Numbered from the stretch's first letter, positions 50,537-62,237 are shown. The stretch: 64,000 nt of DNA from Armatimonadota bacterium (GCA_041690135.1 JAWLHY010000008.1:288001-352000), one strand, 5' to 3'. Translations and numbers: made by a program. The notes: a model not told the origin generated them from the letters alone.

Positions 50537-50758
50537 ATGTCGGAACGGGCCTATGTTGACCGCATCGAAGGAGACCGTGTCGTCCTGGTCCTCGGCCTCG
50601 AGGGGCGGGAGACCGCCTCTATCCCTGCCCGCCTTCTTCCTCCCGGTATCCGCGAGGGCGCTGCTGTCGACCTTTCGCTGGTCCTGGCTCCGGATGACGG
50701 CAACCGGCAGGAAGTACGGTCGCTGATGGACGATCTCTTCTCCGATTCACCCCCGTGA
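50537..50758 (+). CDS. DUF3006 family protein
   Basis: VDRIEGDRVVL..LPPGIREG; usual partner of the MBL lipoprotein. Confidence 0.82.
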   Translation: MSERAYVDRIEGDRVVLVLGLEGRETASIPARLLPPGIREGAAVDLSLVLAPDDGNRQEVRSLMDDLFSDSPP

Positions 50759-50816
50759 AGCACTGGGGCCTCCCGCGGTGATACCCTAGAGAGGGATTGA
50801 GGAGGAGCCGCGGAGT

Positions 50817-52193
50817 ATGACCGGAGAGCAGTTGACGGCGGAGCAGCGAGAAGCGGCACAGAAGGACCTGCTTCGCTTCACGGCCCTCAATGCCTTTTCG
50901 TTTGAAATCCTGGCAGGCCAGATCCTGATCCTGTTCGCCCGCCAGGTGGGAGCCTCGCTCGCCCAGATCGGGTTGCTCTCTGCCCTCCTTCCGTTTGCGT
51001 CCATCATCCAGCTGGCCGTGGCGCCGCTGGTGAACCGCTTCGGACCCCGAGTAGTGATGCTGGTCGGCTGGGGGGCGCGCACCGCTGTCTCGGTGGTGCT
51101 GTTTTTGGTGCCGGTGGCGGGTAGCACGGGAGGGGCTGCGGCGGCCACCCAGGTGCTGCTCTGGGTAATGGGCGGCTTCTACCTCTGCCGGGCGCTGGGT
51201 ATGAGCTCCTGGCTGCCGCTGTTGCAGGAGATCGTGCCGCCGCAGGACCGCGGCATCTATCTTAGCCGCCAGGAGTGGATCCGGCAGGTCAGCATCGTGC
51301 TGGTCGCGGTAATCACGGCAGCCTACCTGCTGGGGGAAACCGGCACCACGCGGTACCTGCACGTCATCGGGATCGGCGTGCTGGCGGCGGCCTGGAGCCT
51401 TTACTACCTCTGGAGCGTTCCGGACGTGGGCGAGATGGCCGAGAGCCTCGACCGCGATTACCTGAAGCGGGCGATGGCGCCCGCCCGGGATACCGTCTTT
51501 CGGCTTTATCTCGCGTTTTCCGTGACGCTCCGCATGGTCCTGACCGCGGTGGCGCCGTTCATTGTCGTCTTTCTGCGCGAGGGGCTGGGCCTGCCCGCAT
51601 CCGGCGTGATCGCCGTAACCACCGTCGGCAGTATCGGGGCTATCGTGACCCTGGGCTGGTGGGGACAGTGGTCGGACCGTCACGGCGCCAAGCCCGCTCT
51701 GGCCATGAGCATTGTGGGGATGGGGATCGGACTCCTTCTCTGGCTACTGGCGGAGCCCAGCCCGACATGGTTCTGGGTAGGCGTGCCGGCCGTCTCGTTC
51801 TTTTCCGGCATCTTCACGGGCGGCCTCACGGTGTCCATGTCCAAGTTCGAACTGGGTTTCATCCCCGCCGTCGGCAGGGCGCACTACGTGGCCCTGAACG
51901 TCACCGTGGTAGGGCTCACCAGTGCGGCTGCTACCTTCTTTGCGGGTCGCCTGCTCCAACTACTCTCCGGAATCCGGATTGAGTGGGGCTGGCTGACCTT
52001 TGATCAGTACCGGATCTTCTTCGTGCTCTCCGCAGCCGGCCTCCTGGTTCCACTGGTGATCCGTCGCATCCTGCCCGAGGAGCGCGCCCGCAGTCTGCGT
52101 GCATTGATGCGCCGAGCCTGGTTGCGCCGAGCCGTGATGCTGCGACGCATGGCGCGCCGCGCGCCGCGCCGCAAGTTTTTCCCTCGGCGTTGA
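50817..52193 (+). CDS. MFS transporter
   Basis: About 12 TM segments; NRFGPR and WSDRHGAK loop motifs. Confidence 0.88.
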   Translation: MTGEQLTAEQREAAQKDLLRFTALNAFSFEILAGQILILFARQVGASLAQIGLLSALLPFASIIQLAVAPLVNRFGPRVVMLVGWGARTAVSVVLFLVPVAGSTGGAAAATQVLLWVMGGFYLCRALGMSSWLPLLQEIVPPQDRGIYLSRQEWIRQVSIVLVAVITAAYLLGETGTTRYLHVIGIGVLAAAWSLYYLWSVPDVGEMAESLDRDYLKRAMAPARDTVFRLYLAFSVTLRMVLTAVAPFIVVFLREGLGLPASGVIAVTTVGSIGAIVTLGWWGQWSDRHGAKPALAMSIVGMGIGLLLWLLAEPSPTWFWVGVPAVSFFSGIFTGGLTVSMSKFELGFIPAVGRAHYVALNVTVVGLTSAAATFFAGRLLQLLSGIRIEWGWLTFDQYRIFFVLSAAGLLVPLVIRRILPEERARSLRALMRRAWLRRAVMLRRMARRAPRRKFFPRR

Positions 52194-52862
52194 GTAGCGG
52201 GCTATCGGGCCCTCTTGTTTGGACTTCGGATCTCGCCGTCGTTTGTCGGGGCACGACTTGCCGAGTTGTAGCTTGACAAGTCGTGTTCCGTATTCGCTAT
52301 GGAACCGGAGTGGAATCCGCGGACCTGCGGCATCATCCGCTGGCGGACCTGTATGCCGCAGGCCCGTGTAACCTGAACGCGAGCGAAAGATTCCTGGAGG
52401 GGCAGGTGTAAGCGCCGGTGGATTCGGGAACAACGCATCGGTCGCGTCTCCCGGTCCCACTCCGGATGCGGGTGGCTCGTGTCGAGTCGACTCTCGCTGC
52501 AGGAACTCCACGCTCCAATAGTGCGATCGACCCATCGAGTACCATTCGATAATCCCGCCAACCCGGGCGAAATCAGGCGCATGCGGCAGTGGAGACAGGA
52601 ATGCCGGATTCGGGGTTTCCACCCTTTGAAACTGTGGAATTCGGTCTGCCGGAAACAGTGCGTTCCCGGAGTAACAGGTGCCTGCGTCCACCGTGCAGGC
52701 AAGATTAGTGTGCTTGCGGGAACGCGAAACAGGCCCGTCATCGTCTCCACATAGCAGAAGACGCCGCTGTTCAGAACGCCCCTAGGCGGCGCGACCCACC
52801 GCAGTAGGTGTAGGAAATAACGTTTGTGGGTAGACATACCCGTCCTAGCAAGTAAGAACGCC

Positions 52863-52889
52863 GTTTGGCCGTCTCTTTGGTAGGGGTAC
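52863..52889 (+). promoter_or_regulatory. Candidate SigB/SigF-type promoter of the orphan RsbW-like gene
   Basis: GTTT-N17-GGGTAC. Confidence 0.5.
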
Positions 52890-52917
52890 ACCTAACCGAG
52901 CACGAGAGGCGCAACGA

Positions 52918-53436
52918 ATGTCAGTGAAGCCCAGAAGAGAACTGGAATTGCATATCCCAGCGGAACCGCGTGTCGTGCAGAACGTACGCGAGGAATTCGA
53001 GGAATTCATCCGCCCTCTCCACCTGACTGCCGATGAGGTCGACTCCCTCAAGGTCGCCCTGTCGGAAGCCTGTAGTAACGCCGTCTGCCACGGTTCCCCG
53101 CGCGGACGCCGGAACCAGGTCCACCTCCGCTTTGCATACGACGACGAACAGCTGTTTATCGAAGTCATCGACGAAGGAAAGGGATTTCGGCCCTCGCAGA
53201 TTGCCCTCCCGGACTACGAGGAGTGGAAGCCCTCCGGCCGGGGCCTGTTCCTGATGCAGGCGCTCATGGACGACGTCGAGTTCGAGCCATGTCGCTCGGG
53301 AACTCGGGTGAAACTCACCAAGTACCTCGTGTCCCACGCGGCGGAAACGTTGACCGTCCATCGGGGAGCCGTTGCCGGAGGCGCCCTGGGCGCAACCGCA
53401 CTCCAGCCGATTGCAGCCTACCAGGAACTGGCATAG
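52918..53436 (+). CDS. Orphan RsbW-like serine kinase / anti-sigma factor (HATPase_c_2)
   Basis: N-box EACSNAV, G1 DEGKGF, G2 GRGLFLM..MDDV. Confidence 0.9.
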   Translation: MSVKPRRELELHIPAEPRVVQNVREEFEEFIRPLHLTADEVDSLKVALSEACSNAVCHGSPRGRRNQVHLRFAYDDEQLFIEVIDEGKGFRPSQIALPDYEEWKPSGRGLFLMQALMDDVEFEPCRSGTRVKLTKYLVSHAAETLTVHRGAVAGGALGATALQPIAAYQELA

Positions 53437-53593
53437 CCGTCCATCGGACGGCTATCGCCGCACCCGCGCGCATTGGCCTGGTTTCGACCGGGCTCCTTTT
53501 GCCTGCGCTGCCACTCTTTGACTGCCGGCGCCTCCCTAGAGGCCGTTGCAGTCGCCACACCCACTTGCACGCCGGCAAGGGGGCAAGTGCCGC

Positions 53594-54394
53594 CTAGCCT
53601 TCCGGACGAGGAGGCGGAGGCGCATCCATCCAGAGTGGCTGGCGACGCTCCGGAAAGAGGCGTGCTATCGTGGCGTCCCAGAAGGCCGCCGCCGTGCCGG
53701 TGATCAGGATCCCGGCGGTGAGGCCGGCCGCCAGTTGGAAGACAAACTCCTGGTTCGTCCGGCCGGCGCTGCAACCGTGACCTACCAGAAGCGCCACCCC
53801 GCCGATCCCCGCCGGTAGGGCTGCGCAGGTAAGGCCATATGTCCAGGCCGCCGCGCGCGGGAGGGGAGCGTGGCTCACCCCGGACCAGCAGGTAGCGCCG
53901 GAGGTGAGGCCTGCCCACAGTACCGCCAACCCTCCGGCAGCGAGTAGCACCGGAAGATAGGTGGGGGCATAAACCGCGAACAGCGGAATCAACAGCAGCA
54001 TGGGGGCGGCGCCGAGGGCGGGCGGGGTGAGCGCCGCCGCGACCTGCCCACCGACCACCTCCTCCTCGCGGTAACGCCCCGCGACGATCAACTGCAGCGT
54101 TTCCAGCTCATAGTTGCGGCAAAGGACGATGAGCAGGAACGGCGGGACGAGCCAGTGCGCCCAGAGCGAAAGCAACGCTCCCGCCGCGGAGAGCCACGGC
54201 CCATAGTTGAAGTCGGCCCGCAGCAAATGTCCCGAGTTCAGGACCACTAGGTCCCGGGACACCCGCACAACGGCGAAGGCCGCCACGTATACTAGGCTCG
54301 CGCCCGGAAGGGCCCAGACGGCCGTCCGCAGGACCCGACGCCGGAGTTCGCTACGGAAGAACGGATTGCGGTGCAACGCGCGCAGACGGCTCAT
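53594..54394 (-). CDS. Membrane protein, ABC-2 permease-like
   Basis: NPFFRSELRRR start and about 6 TM segments. Confidence 0.7.
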   Translation of the reverse strand: MSRLRALHRNPFFRSELRRRVLRTAVWALPGASLVYVAAFAVVRVSRDLVVLNSGHLLRADFNYGPWLSAAGALLSLWAHWLVPPFLLIVLCRNYELETLQLIVAGRYREEEVVGGQVAAALTPPALGAAPMLLLIPLFAVYAPTYLPVLLAAGGLAVLWAGLTSGATCWSGVSHAPLPRAAAWTYGLTCAALPAGIGGVALLVGHGCSAGRTNQEFVFQLAAGLTAGILITGTAAAFWDATIARLFPERRQPLWMDAPPPPRPEG

Positions 54395-54403
54395 ACTTCT
54401 CCA

Positions 54404-54619
54404 TCACTCGTGCGCCACGATATACCCCTCAGCTCCCGCAAGGGGAAGGAAGTGCTTCCGCCGTGTCAAAACGGCGAAGTAGTCCTCCGCCGTGCGCTGC
54501 TCGCCGGAACCGAACCATTTGAACTCGAAGCGACAGCTCGTACAGCGGTCACCCTGGACCTGGGTCACGCGCACCTCGGTCCCACATTGCGGACACGTAA
54601 ACTCGACAAACTCATCCAT
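54404..54619 (-). CDS. Small zinc-ribbon protein
   Basis: MDEFVEFTCPQCG..CTSC. Confidence 0.7.
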   Translation of the reverse strand: MDEFVEFTCPQCGTEVRVTQVQGDRCTSCRFEFKWFGSGEQRTAEDYFAVLTRRKHFLPLAGAEGYIVAHE

Positions 54620-54802
54620 AGTGTTGCGGGTAGTGGGGGAAACGTCAAAGGCTAAGCCCCATGATAGAATAGCTCGGACTCGGCCCGCCCCGCCTGTCTT
54701 TCCTCGACAGGAACACGAGCACTCGGCACTGCCGTTTGCATCCGTGCCTGTGCGGCGGTCCTTTCCGGGTCCGGTCCGCGGAATTGTGCGAGACAAGTGC
54801 CC

Positions 54803-55096
54803 ATGCCCAGGTTAAGTCTAGAAGAAGTCGATCACGTCGCCCTGCTCGGCCGGCTCCGTCTCACGGACGAAGAGCGCCAGCGCTTCACCAAAGACCTCAA
54901 CGTGATCCTCCAGCATTTTGAGATTCTCCAGCAACTGGACACCGAGGGTGTTCCGCCCATGTCCCATGCGATGACGCTGCAGAACGTGTTCCGTGAGGAT
55001 GCGGCGCGCCCGTCTTTGTCGCGCGAGGAAGTCTTGCGCGAAGCGCCGGAAGGCCGGGACGAATTCTTCGTGGTTCCTCGGATCGTGGAAAGCTAG
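54803..55096 (+). CDS. gatC: Asp/Glu-tRNA amidotransferase subunit C
   Basis: HVALLGRL, NVFRED, FVVPRI. Confidence 0.95.
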   Translation: MPRLSLEEVDHVALLGRLRLTDEERQRFTKDLNVILQHFEILQQLDTEGVPPMSHAMTLQNVFREDAARPSLSREEVLREAPEGRDEFFVVPRIVES

Positions 55097-55145
55097 AGCG
55101 CGTCGAGAGCAAAAGAACGGCGAGAGTTAGAGAGTCAGAACGACT

Positions 55146-56606
55146 ATGTCAGAATTGTGGAGCCGCACGGCGGCCGAACTCCGAGCGGCGATCGATCGCG
55201 GGGAAGTCTCTTGCCTGGAGGTGGCCCAGGCGCATCTCGACCGGATCGAGCAACTCGACCCCCAGGTACGGGCCTTCGTCACCGTCACGCGGGACGCGGC
55301 TGAACAGCAGGCGCGGGAGTGGGATGAGGCGCGTGGACGCGGGGAAATGCTGCCACCACTGGCCGGCATTCCCATTGCCCTCAAGGACAACATGTGTACC
55401 CGCGGGGTGCGCACGAGCTGCGGTTCGAAGATCCTGGGCGAATGGAGGCCACCGTATGATGCGACCGTCACCCGCCTCGTGCGCGAGGCCGGCGCGGTGT
55501 TGCTCGGCAAAGTCAACATGGATGAGTTCGCTATGGGCTCTTCCACGGAGAACAGCGGCCTATTCACCACCCGCAACCCCTGGGACCTCGGCCGGGTGCC
55601 CGGCGGCTCCAGCGGCGGATCCGCCGCCGCCGTGGCAGCGCGAATGGTGCCCGTGTCGCTCGGCAGCGATACGGGTGGCTCCATTCGGCAGCCGGCCTCG
55701 CTCTGCGGCATCGTCGGGTTAAAACCTACCTACGGTCGCATCAGTCGTTATGGGCTGGTGGCTTACGCATCCTCGCTTGACCAGATCGGCCCACTTTCCC
55801 GGACTGTAGCCGACTCGGCGCTGCTGATGAACGCCATTGCCCGGCACGATCCCCAGGATAGTACTTCCGTTCCGCTCGAGTCGCCGGACTACACCACAGC
55901 ACTCACCGGAAATGTCCGGGGGCTGCGCATCGGCGTACCAAAAGAATACTTCGCGGAAGGCATCCGGCCGGAAGTCCGCGACGCGGTGCACCAGGCGATC
56001 GAAGTCTACCGGGAGTTGGGGGCCGAGGTAGGCGAGACCTCCACGCCCCATGTCGAGTACGCGCTGGCCAGCTATTACATCATCGCGCCCGCCGAAGCGA
56101 GCAGCAACCTGGCGCGATACGACGGGGTGCGTTACGGTGTTCGCTCTCGCGACGCACGCGACGTCGTGGGGATGTATATGACCACCCGCGACGAGGGCTT
56201 CGGCGACGAGGTCAAGCGCCGCATCATGCTCGGGACCTACGCCCTCAGTGCGGGCTATTACGATGCCTACTACCATAAGGCCCAGCAGATACGCACCCTG
56301 GTCCGCCGGGACATGGAACGGTGCTGGGAAAGCTTCGACGTGCTGCTGACTCCCACTTCGCCGGAAGTGGCGTTCCGCCTGGGCGAGAAAACGGACGACC
56401 CACTGGCGATGAAGCTCAGCGACATCTGCACCATCCCCGTCAATATGGCCGGCACGTGCGCCATCAGCGTGCCCTGCGGCTTCCACGCGGGACTGCCGGT
56501 GGGATTGCAGTTGATCGGAAAACCCTTTGATGAAGCGAACCTGCTGCGAGTGGCGCACGCGTACGAACAGGCAACAGAGTGGCACACCCGGACGCCGGAA
56601 CTGTAG
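55146..56606 (+). CDS. gatA: Asp/Glu-tRNA amidotransferase subunit A
   Basis: Amidase signature [23 protein letters not shown]. Confidence 0.97.
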   Translation: MSELWSRTAAELRAAIDRGEVSCLEVAQAHLDRIEQLDPQVRAFVTVTRDAAEQQAREWDEARGRGEMLPPLAGIPIALKDNMCTRGVRTSCGSKILGEWRPPYDATVTRLVREAGAVLLGKVNMDEFAMGSSTENSGLFTTRNPWDLGRVPGGSSGGSAAAVAARMVPVSLGSDTGGSIRQPASLCGIVGLKPTYGRISRYGLVAYASSLDQIGPLSRTVADSALLMNAIARHDPQDSTSVPLESPDYTTALTGNVRGLRIGVPKEYFAEGIRPEVRDAVHQAIEVYRELGAEVGETSTPHVEYALASYYIIAPAEASSNLARYDGVRYGVRSRDARDVVGMYMTTRDEGFGDEVKRRIMLGTYALSAGYYDAYYHKAQQIRTLVRRDMERCWESFDVLLTPTSPEVAFRLGEKTDDPLAMKLSDICTIPVNMAGTCAISVPCGFHAGLPVGLQLIGKPFDEANLLRVAHAYEQATEWHTRTPEL

Positions 56607-56629
56607 CGCGGGTAGGTGAGGTTGAGGTA

Positions 56630-58150
56630 ATGACGGAAACGGCATCCAGGATTCAGGCCGTCGTCGGTATGGAGGTCCATGCCGAACTCCTGACCGAAAG
56701 CAAGATGTTCTGCGCCTGCGGAACCCAGTTCGGCGCGTCTCCCAACACGCAGATCTGCCCGGTGTGCGTGGGGCTGCCCGGCAGCCTTCCGGTGCCGAAC
56801 CGGCTGGCGGTGGAGCATGTCGTGCGCACAGCGCTGGCGCTCAATTGCGAGATCAACCGCAACAGCATTTTCCATCGCAAGAACTACTTCTATCCCGACC
56901 TACCGAAGGCGTATCAGATCAGCCAGTACGATATCCCGATTGGGATCAATGGCCATCTAGACGTCCTGGTCAATGGGGAAGTCAAGCGAGTCCGCATCCG
57001 CCGCGTGCATCTCGAAGAAGACACGGGAAAGCTGTTGCATGCGGAGCCCGGCACGTCGTTCGTGGATTACAACCGCTCCGGCGTGCCGTTGATGGAAATC
57101 GTCACCGAGCCGGACATCCACTCTGCTGACGAGGCGCGGGAGTATCTTATCGCCTTGCGGCGGATCCTCGTCTATATCGGCGCCAGCGATGGTCGGATGG
57201 AGCAAGGATCCCTGCGCTGCGAGCCCAACATCTCCGTGCGCCCCATGGGTTCGGACGAGTTGAACGCGAAGTCCGAACTGAAGAATCTGAATTCTTTCCG
57301 GGTGGTGCACCTGGGCATCCAGTACGAAACCGCACGGCAGGCGCTGGCCCTTCAGAAATTGCGGGGCGAGGACTACGGGGCGAAGCCGTCCATTCCCGGC
57401 CCGCCACCGATGAAGGTGGACTTGAGCGACCTGGCCCTGAACCAGGAAACTCGCCGATGGGATGAGCCGGGGCTGAAAACGGTGACGATGCGCACCAAAG
57501 AGTATGCGCACGACTACCGCTACTTCCCGGAGCCGGACCTGGTACCGCTCGCGTTCGACGACGCCTGGCTCGATGCCGCGCGGTCCTCGCTACCCGTTCT
57601 GCCGGAACAGCGGCTGCAGAAGTACGTGGGCGAGTACGGGCTTTCCGAATATGATGCGGCACTGCTCGTTGACGAACGGGAAGTGGCGGACTACTTTGAC
57701 TCAGCCGTGGCGGCTTACGGCGGAGATGCAAAGAAAGTGGCGAACTGGATGCAGAGTGACTGGATGCGCCTGTTCAACGCCGCAAACCGGGACTGGTCCG
57801 TGGTCAAGGTCAAGCCGGAAGATCTCGCCGCGATGATCCGCCTGCAGGACGAAGGCCGCATCACCGGCAAGATCGCCAAGTCCGTATTCGAAACGATGTG
57901 GGAAACGGGCAAGAGCCCGGACACGATCGTCAAGGAGCAGGGGATCGAGGTCGTCGGCTCCGAGGACCAACTGGCTCCCATCGTGGATCGGATCCTGGAA
58001 ACCAACCCGAAGCTCGTCTCCGACATCAAGGAGAAGGGCCAGGAAGGGAAAGTGAACGCGCTGGTCGGTCAGGTGATGAAGGAAACCCGCGGCAGCGCCA
58101 AGCCGGACCTCGTGCAGAAGATGATCCGCCACCGTCTCGGCCTATCCTAG
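56630..58150 (+). CDS. gatB: Asp/Glu-tRNA amidotransferase subunit B
   Basis: [36 protein letters not shown]. Confidence 0.97.
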   Translation: MTETASRIQAVVGMEVHAELLTESKMFCACGTQFGASPNTQICPVCVGLPGSLPVPNRLAVEHVVRTALALNCEINRNSIFHRKNYFYPDLPKAYQISQYDIPIGINGHLDVLVNGEVKRVRIRRVHLEEDTGKLLHAEPGTSFVDYNRSGVPLMEIVTEPDIHSADEAREYLIALRRILVYIGASDGRMEQGSLRCEPNISVRPMGSDELNAKSELKNLNSFRVVHLGIQYETARQALALQKLRGEDYGAKPSIPGPPPMKVDLSDLALNQETRRWDEPGLKTVTMRTKEYAHDYRYFPEPDLVPLAFDDAWLDAARSSLPVLPEQRLQKYVGEYGLSEYDAALLVDEREVADYFDSAVAAYGGDAKKVANWMQSDWMRLFNAANRDWSVVKVKPEDLAAMIRLQDEGRITGKIAKSVFETMWETGKSPDTIVKEQGIEVVGSEDQLAPIVDRILETNPKLVSDIKEKGQEGKVNALVGQVMKETRGSAKPDLVQKMIRHRLGLS

Positions 58151-58159
58151 AGGAACCTT

Positions 58160-59359
58160 ATGTCTCTTGAAGTGATCAATCCGCGCATCCGTGGCTTCAT
58201 CTGCACTACCGCTCACCCGACCGGCTGCGCGGCCGCCGTGCAGGAGCAGATCCAGGTCGCGTCGGCAAGCCGCCCCGAAGCGCCCCACGGGGGCAATGCG
58301 CTCATCATCGGTGCTTCAACCGGCTACGGGCTGGCCAGCCGAATCGCGGCCTCCTTCGGCCACGGGATGCGGACGCTGGGTGTCTTCTTTGAAAAGGCTC
58401 CCTCCGGCAGCCGTACCGGCACGGCCGGGTGGTACAACTCCGCCGCGTTCCACGCGGAAGCGGAAGCCGCCGCCATTCCCGCCTCCAGCATCAACGGCGA
58501 CGCCTTCTCCGACGCCGTGAAGCAGCAGGTAGTCGAGCGCATCAAATCCGGCTCCGGCCCGGTCGACCTCGTGGTCTACAGCCTGGCCTCGCCGGTACGG
58601 GTGCATCCCGAAACCGGGGAAACGGTGCGCTCCGTCTTGAAACCGGTGGGGGAGACGTTCACCGCCAAAACCATCGACCTGGGCAAGGATGAAGTCACGC
58701 AGGCGACGATCGAGCCCGCCACCGAGGCCGAGATTGCCGCCACCGTCACCGTGATGGGCGGCGACGACCTCCGCCGCTGGGTGGAGATCCTCCTGGGGGA
58801 GGGTGCGCTGGCCCCCGGCGCGCGCGTGGTGGCCTACTCCTACATCGGCCCCCGCGTCACCTGGCCCATCTACCGCAGCGGGACCATCGGCCACGCGAAG
58901 CAGGACCTGGAAGACACGACCCGCGAGCTGGATCGGCGCCTGCAGGAGGCGGTCGGAGGACGGGCCTGGGTCTCCGTGAACAAAGCCGTGGTGACACAGG
59001 CATCCGCCGCCATTCCCGTGGTGCCGCTCTACGTCTCATTGCTCTACGACGTGATGAAGGAACAGGGTCTGCACGAGCGCCCCATCGAGCAGATGGTCCG
59101 GCTCTTCAACGAGCATCTCGTGGCGCCCCGAACTCCCGCGGTCGACGAGGCGGACCGGATCCGTATGGACGACTGGGAGCTTCGGCCGGATATCCAGGCG
59201 GAAGTGGAGCGCCGTTGGGAGGCAGTTACCACCGCCAACCTGGATAAGCTCTCCGATTACGCCGGTTTCAAGAGCGAGTTCCGGCGCCTGTTCGGGTTCG
59301 AGATGGAAGGCGTCGATTATTCCGCTCCTGTCGAGACCGAAGTGTCACTGCCGCTGTAA
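58160..59359 (+). CDS. fabV: Enoyl-ACP / trans-2-enoyl-CoA reductase FabV
   Basis: GFICTTAHPTGC, GASTGYGLASRI, YRSGTIGHAK, VTQASAAIP. Confidence 0.95.
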   Translation: MSLEVINPRIRGFICTTAHPTGCAAAVQEQIQVASASRPEAPHGGNALIIGASTGYGLASRIAASFGHGMRTLGVFFEKAPSGSRTGTAGWYNSAAFHAEAEAAAIPASSINGDAFSDAVKQQVVERIKSGSGPVDLVVYSLASPVRVHPETGETVRSVLKPVGETFTAKTIDLGKDEVTQATIEPATEAEIAATVTVMGGDDLRRWVEILLGEGALAPGARVVAYSYIGPRVTWPIYRSGTIGHAKQDLEDTTRELDRRLQEAVGGRAWVSVNKAVVTQASAAIPVVPLYVSLLYDVMKEQGLHERPIEQMVRLFNEHLVAPRTPAVDEADRIRMDDWELRPDIQAEVERRWEAVTTANLDKLSDYAGFKSEFRRLFGFEMEGVDYSAPVETEVSLPL

Positions 59360-59373
59360 GCGAGGGAAGCCAT

Positions 59374-60909
59374 ATGCCCGTGAGTGCGCTGGCCGGGGGC
59401 GGACCCCGGCCCGACCCCTGCGCGATCGTCATCTTCGGAGCCTCTGGCGACCTCACCGCCCGGAAGCTGATCCCCGCGCTCTGGAACCTGTTCCAGGATG
59501 GCCGGCTGCCCGATGGCTTCTCGATCATTGGCCTGGCGCGCACCCCGAAGACGAGCGAGCAGTTCCGAGACGAGATGCGAAAGGCGGTAGCGGAGCACTC
59601 TCGCACCGGCGAGCCCCAGGCCGACCAGTGGTCCGAGTTCGCCGCAGGGCTTTTCTACCTCCAGGGACAGTACGACCGTCCCGAGACCTACCAGCAGTTG
59701 ATCGAGCTTCTGCGCGAGCAGTGCTGCCGCCGCGGGTCCTGCGGGAACCAGCTCTTCTATCTCTCCACCCCACCCAGCGGATACGACGAGATCATCCGGC
59801 AATTGGGCCAGGCAGGTCTCGCGGCCCAGGGCCCCGGCAGCGTCGCAGGCGGCTGGTCCCGCATCATGGTGGAGAAGCCGTTCGGGCGCGATCTCGCGTC
59901 AGCCAAGCGGCTGAATGCGGAGTTGCGCCGGGAGTTCGAAGAGGAGCAGATCTACCGCATCGACCATTACCTCGGCAAGGAGACGATCCAGAACCTGCTG
60001 GTCTTCCGCTTCGCCAATGGAATCTTCGAGCCGATCTGGAATCGGCGCTACGTCGACCACGTGCAGATCTCCGTGGCGGAAAAGCTAGGAGTAGAGGGTC
60101 GCGGAGCCTCCTATGAGGAAGCCGGGGCCCTGCGCGATATGATCCAGAACCACCTGATGCAGATGATGTGCCTGGTGGCCATGGAGCCGCCGACCCGCCT
60201 GGACCATCGCGCCATCGGCAATGAGAAGGTGAAGGTGCTGGAAGCCATCCGGCCGATCACAGACGGGGATGTGGCCTGCTGGGCAGCCCGAGGCCAATAC
60301 GCTGCCGGTACCATCGATGGAAAGCCCGTGCCCGGATATCGGGAGGAGCCGGGTGTCGATTCGCGCTCCCGCACCGAGACCTACGCCGCCGTGAAGTTCG
60401 AAATCGAGAACTGGCGCTGGGCGGGGGTACCCTTCTATCTGCGGACCGGAAAGCGCCTGCCCGAACGGGTGACGGAGGTTTCCATCCATTTCCGCCGCGC
60501 TCCCCACCTGCTCTTCAATGAGTTCGGGGACGGGGCAATGGAAAAGAACCGGCTCGTGATCCGCGTTCAGCCCCACGAGGGCATCGGGCTCCACTTCCGG
60601 GTAAAGGTCCCAGGCGCGGGCATGCAAATCCGGCCGCGAAGCATGCAGTTCGATTACAAGGACGCCTTCGAGACCCAGCACCCCGAAGCGTACGAGCGAT
60701 TGCTGCTGGATGGGCTTCTGGGCGACCTGACCCTCTTCAACCGCGCCGACTGGATGGAGCTTTCCTGGACCCTGATCGACCCCATCCTCTGCGCCTGGGA
60801 CCAGGACCAGCAGGCCCTACCGCAGTATCCCGCGGGAACCTGGGGGCCGGAAGAAGCCTACGACCTCATCCGGCGCGACGGGCGAAAGTGGTGGATCAGC
60901 CAGCAGTAA
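59374..60909 (+). CDS. zwf: Glucose-6-phosphate dehydrogenase
   Basis: [20 protein letters not shown]. Confidence 0.97.
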   Translation: MPVSALAGGGPRPDPCAIVIFGASGDLTARKLIPALWNLFQDGRLPDGFSIIGLARTPKTSEQFRDEMRKAVAEHSRTGEPQADQWSEFAAGLFYLQGQYDRPETYQQLIELLREQCCRRGSCGNQLFYLSTPPSGYDEIIRQLGQAGLAAQGPGSVAGGWSRIMVEKPFGRDLASAKRLNAELRREFEEEQIYRIDHYLGKETIQNLLVFRFANGIFEPIWNRRYVDHVQISVAEKLGVEGRGASYEEAGALRDMIQNHLMQMMCLVAMEPPTRLDHRAIGNEKVKVLEAIRPITDGDVACWAARGQYAAGTIDGKPVPGYREEPGVDSRSRTETYAAVKFEIENWRWAGVPFYLRTGKRLPERVTEVSIHFRRAPHLLFNEFGDGAMEKNRLVIRVQPHEGIGLHFRVKVPGAGMQIRPRSMQFDYKDAFETQHPEAYERLLLDGLLGDLTLFNRADWMELSWTLIDPILCAWDQDQQALPQYPAGTWGPEEAYDLIRRDGRKWWISQQ

Positions 60910-60921
60910 CCACCGAGGTGG

Positions 60922-61311
60922 TTACTGCCCCCGCGCTTTGAGCGCCCGGCGTCGGGACTGCGCCTGTTCCAGCCGTTTGCGCTCCTGCGCGGAGCCATGC
61001 GTCTGGATCACCGCCTGGGCGGCCTTGTCGGTCGGATCGAGGCCGAGGATCCCCCATGCCGCCGCCAGGCGGGTCGGGATGGCTTCGTCTTCCAGGCGCG
61101 CGAGCCAGTAATCTTTGCACAGGCGATGATACTCGGCGGTGGCTTCCTCGAATTCCGAGGTGGCCAGGAGGACCCGCCCGTTATCCATCACGTAGTAGCG
61201 CCCATCCGCGGGCACGGCTTCGGTATTGGCCTCGAGAGAAAACCCCGCTCCCGCCAGATTCCGTTTGTAGCGCCCATGCGGCGGCGCCGCGGGTCGTGTC
61301 GTCTCTGCCAT
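60922..61311 (-). CDS. Hypothetical protein
   Basis: ORF with GAGG RBS and coding-like composition. Confidence 0.65.
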   Translation of the reverse strand: MAETTRPAAPPHGRYKRNLAGAGFSLEANTEAVPADGRYYVMDNGRVLLATSEFEEATAEYHRLCKDYWLARLEDEAIPTRLAAAWGILGLDPTDKAAQAVIQTHGSAQERKRLEQAQSRRRALKARGQ

Positions 61312-61412
61312 TCCCTCTGCCTCCCACAATCTCTAACACCGAAAGCACGCTTATTGTAGCATGTCCGCGGCGGGATCGACCCCCGTGCCCGAAGCGCAGT
61401 GAGAGAATAAGG

Positions 61413-62237
61413 ATGCCGCGCGTCTACACCACTTCATCTTCGGCAATCCTGGTGCGGCAGAAGCCCAGTGGGTTTCTCCGGGACTTCGATTTCAGCCTGA
61501 ACCCCTACTCCGGCTGTGCCTTCCAGTGTGGTGGTTGCTATGTGCCCGACCTGCTGTGCGGCCGGGCGGAGCGTCTGGGAGGGTGGGGGAGCTATGTCGA
61601 AGTGCGAGACCGTGCCGCCGAGGTGGTGCGCAAGGCGACCCCACGCCTCACCGGCGCGACCTTCTTCATGTCGCCGGTCAGCGATGTCTACCAGCCCGCG
61701 GAACGCCGTTTCCGGCTGTCCCGCGCTGTGCTGGAGGCGCTCCACAAGATCCCGTTCGAATGGGGTCTTCTCTCCACCCGCAGTCCGCTGATCCTGGAAG
61801 ATCTGGAGTTGATCCGGACTTTCGGCGCGCGCCTGGAGGTCGGTATTAGCCTGCCCACCGACCGTGAGGACCTGCGTCGCAAGCTGGACCCCAAGAACCC
61901 GCCCGTGGCCGTCCGGCTGAAGGCCGCGCGGCAGCTACGGGAAGCCGGCGTGGCCGTCCGCCTGCACGTAGCGCCACTGCAGCCGCACTCGGAAGACTTT
62001 CCCCGGCTTGCCGGAGAGGCTGCCGACTGGGTGTGGATCGACCATCCCTGCCATCCGCGCGTCGTCCGGCCGGTCTATCGAGAACACGGACTGGAAGAAT
62101 GCCTCTCCCCCATGTGGGTGGCGCGGCAGGTGGAACGCTGGAGGCGAGAACTGGGGGAAGAGCGCGTGGGTTACGGATTGGCCGACTTTGCTCGCCGCTG
62201 GAGCAAAACTTCGACCGTGTCAGCCGCCGGCGATTGA
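61413..62237 (+). CDS. Radical SAM protein, spore-photoproduct-lyase-like family
   Basis: SLNPYSGCAFQCGGCY (CxxxCxxC), SDVYQPAE, STRSPLI. Confidence 0.88.
   Translation: MPRVYTTSSSAILVRQKPSGFLRDFDFSLNPYSGCAFQCGGCYVPDLLCGRAERLGGWGSYVEVRDRAAEVVRKATPRLTGATFFMSPVSDVYQPAERRFRLSRAVLEALHKIPFEWGLLSTRSPLILEDLELIRTFGARLEVGISLPTDREDLRRKLDPKNPPVAVRLKAARQLREAGVAVRLHVAPLQPHSEDFPRLAGEAADWVWIDHPCHPRVVRPVYREHGLEECLSPMWVARQVERWRRELGEERVGYGLADFARRWSKTSTVSAAGD

Noticed and set aside
52555-52640. Possible c-di-GMP-I riboswitch (GCCAAC..GAAA)
   Set aside because: The downstream GACGCAAAG and P3 elements are not present
52202-52891. Minus-strand ORFs of 229-243 aa in the large gap
   Set aside because: No motifs, no clear RBS and atypical composition
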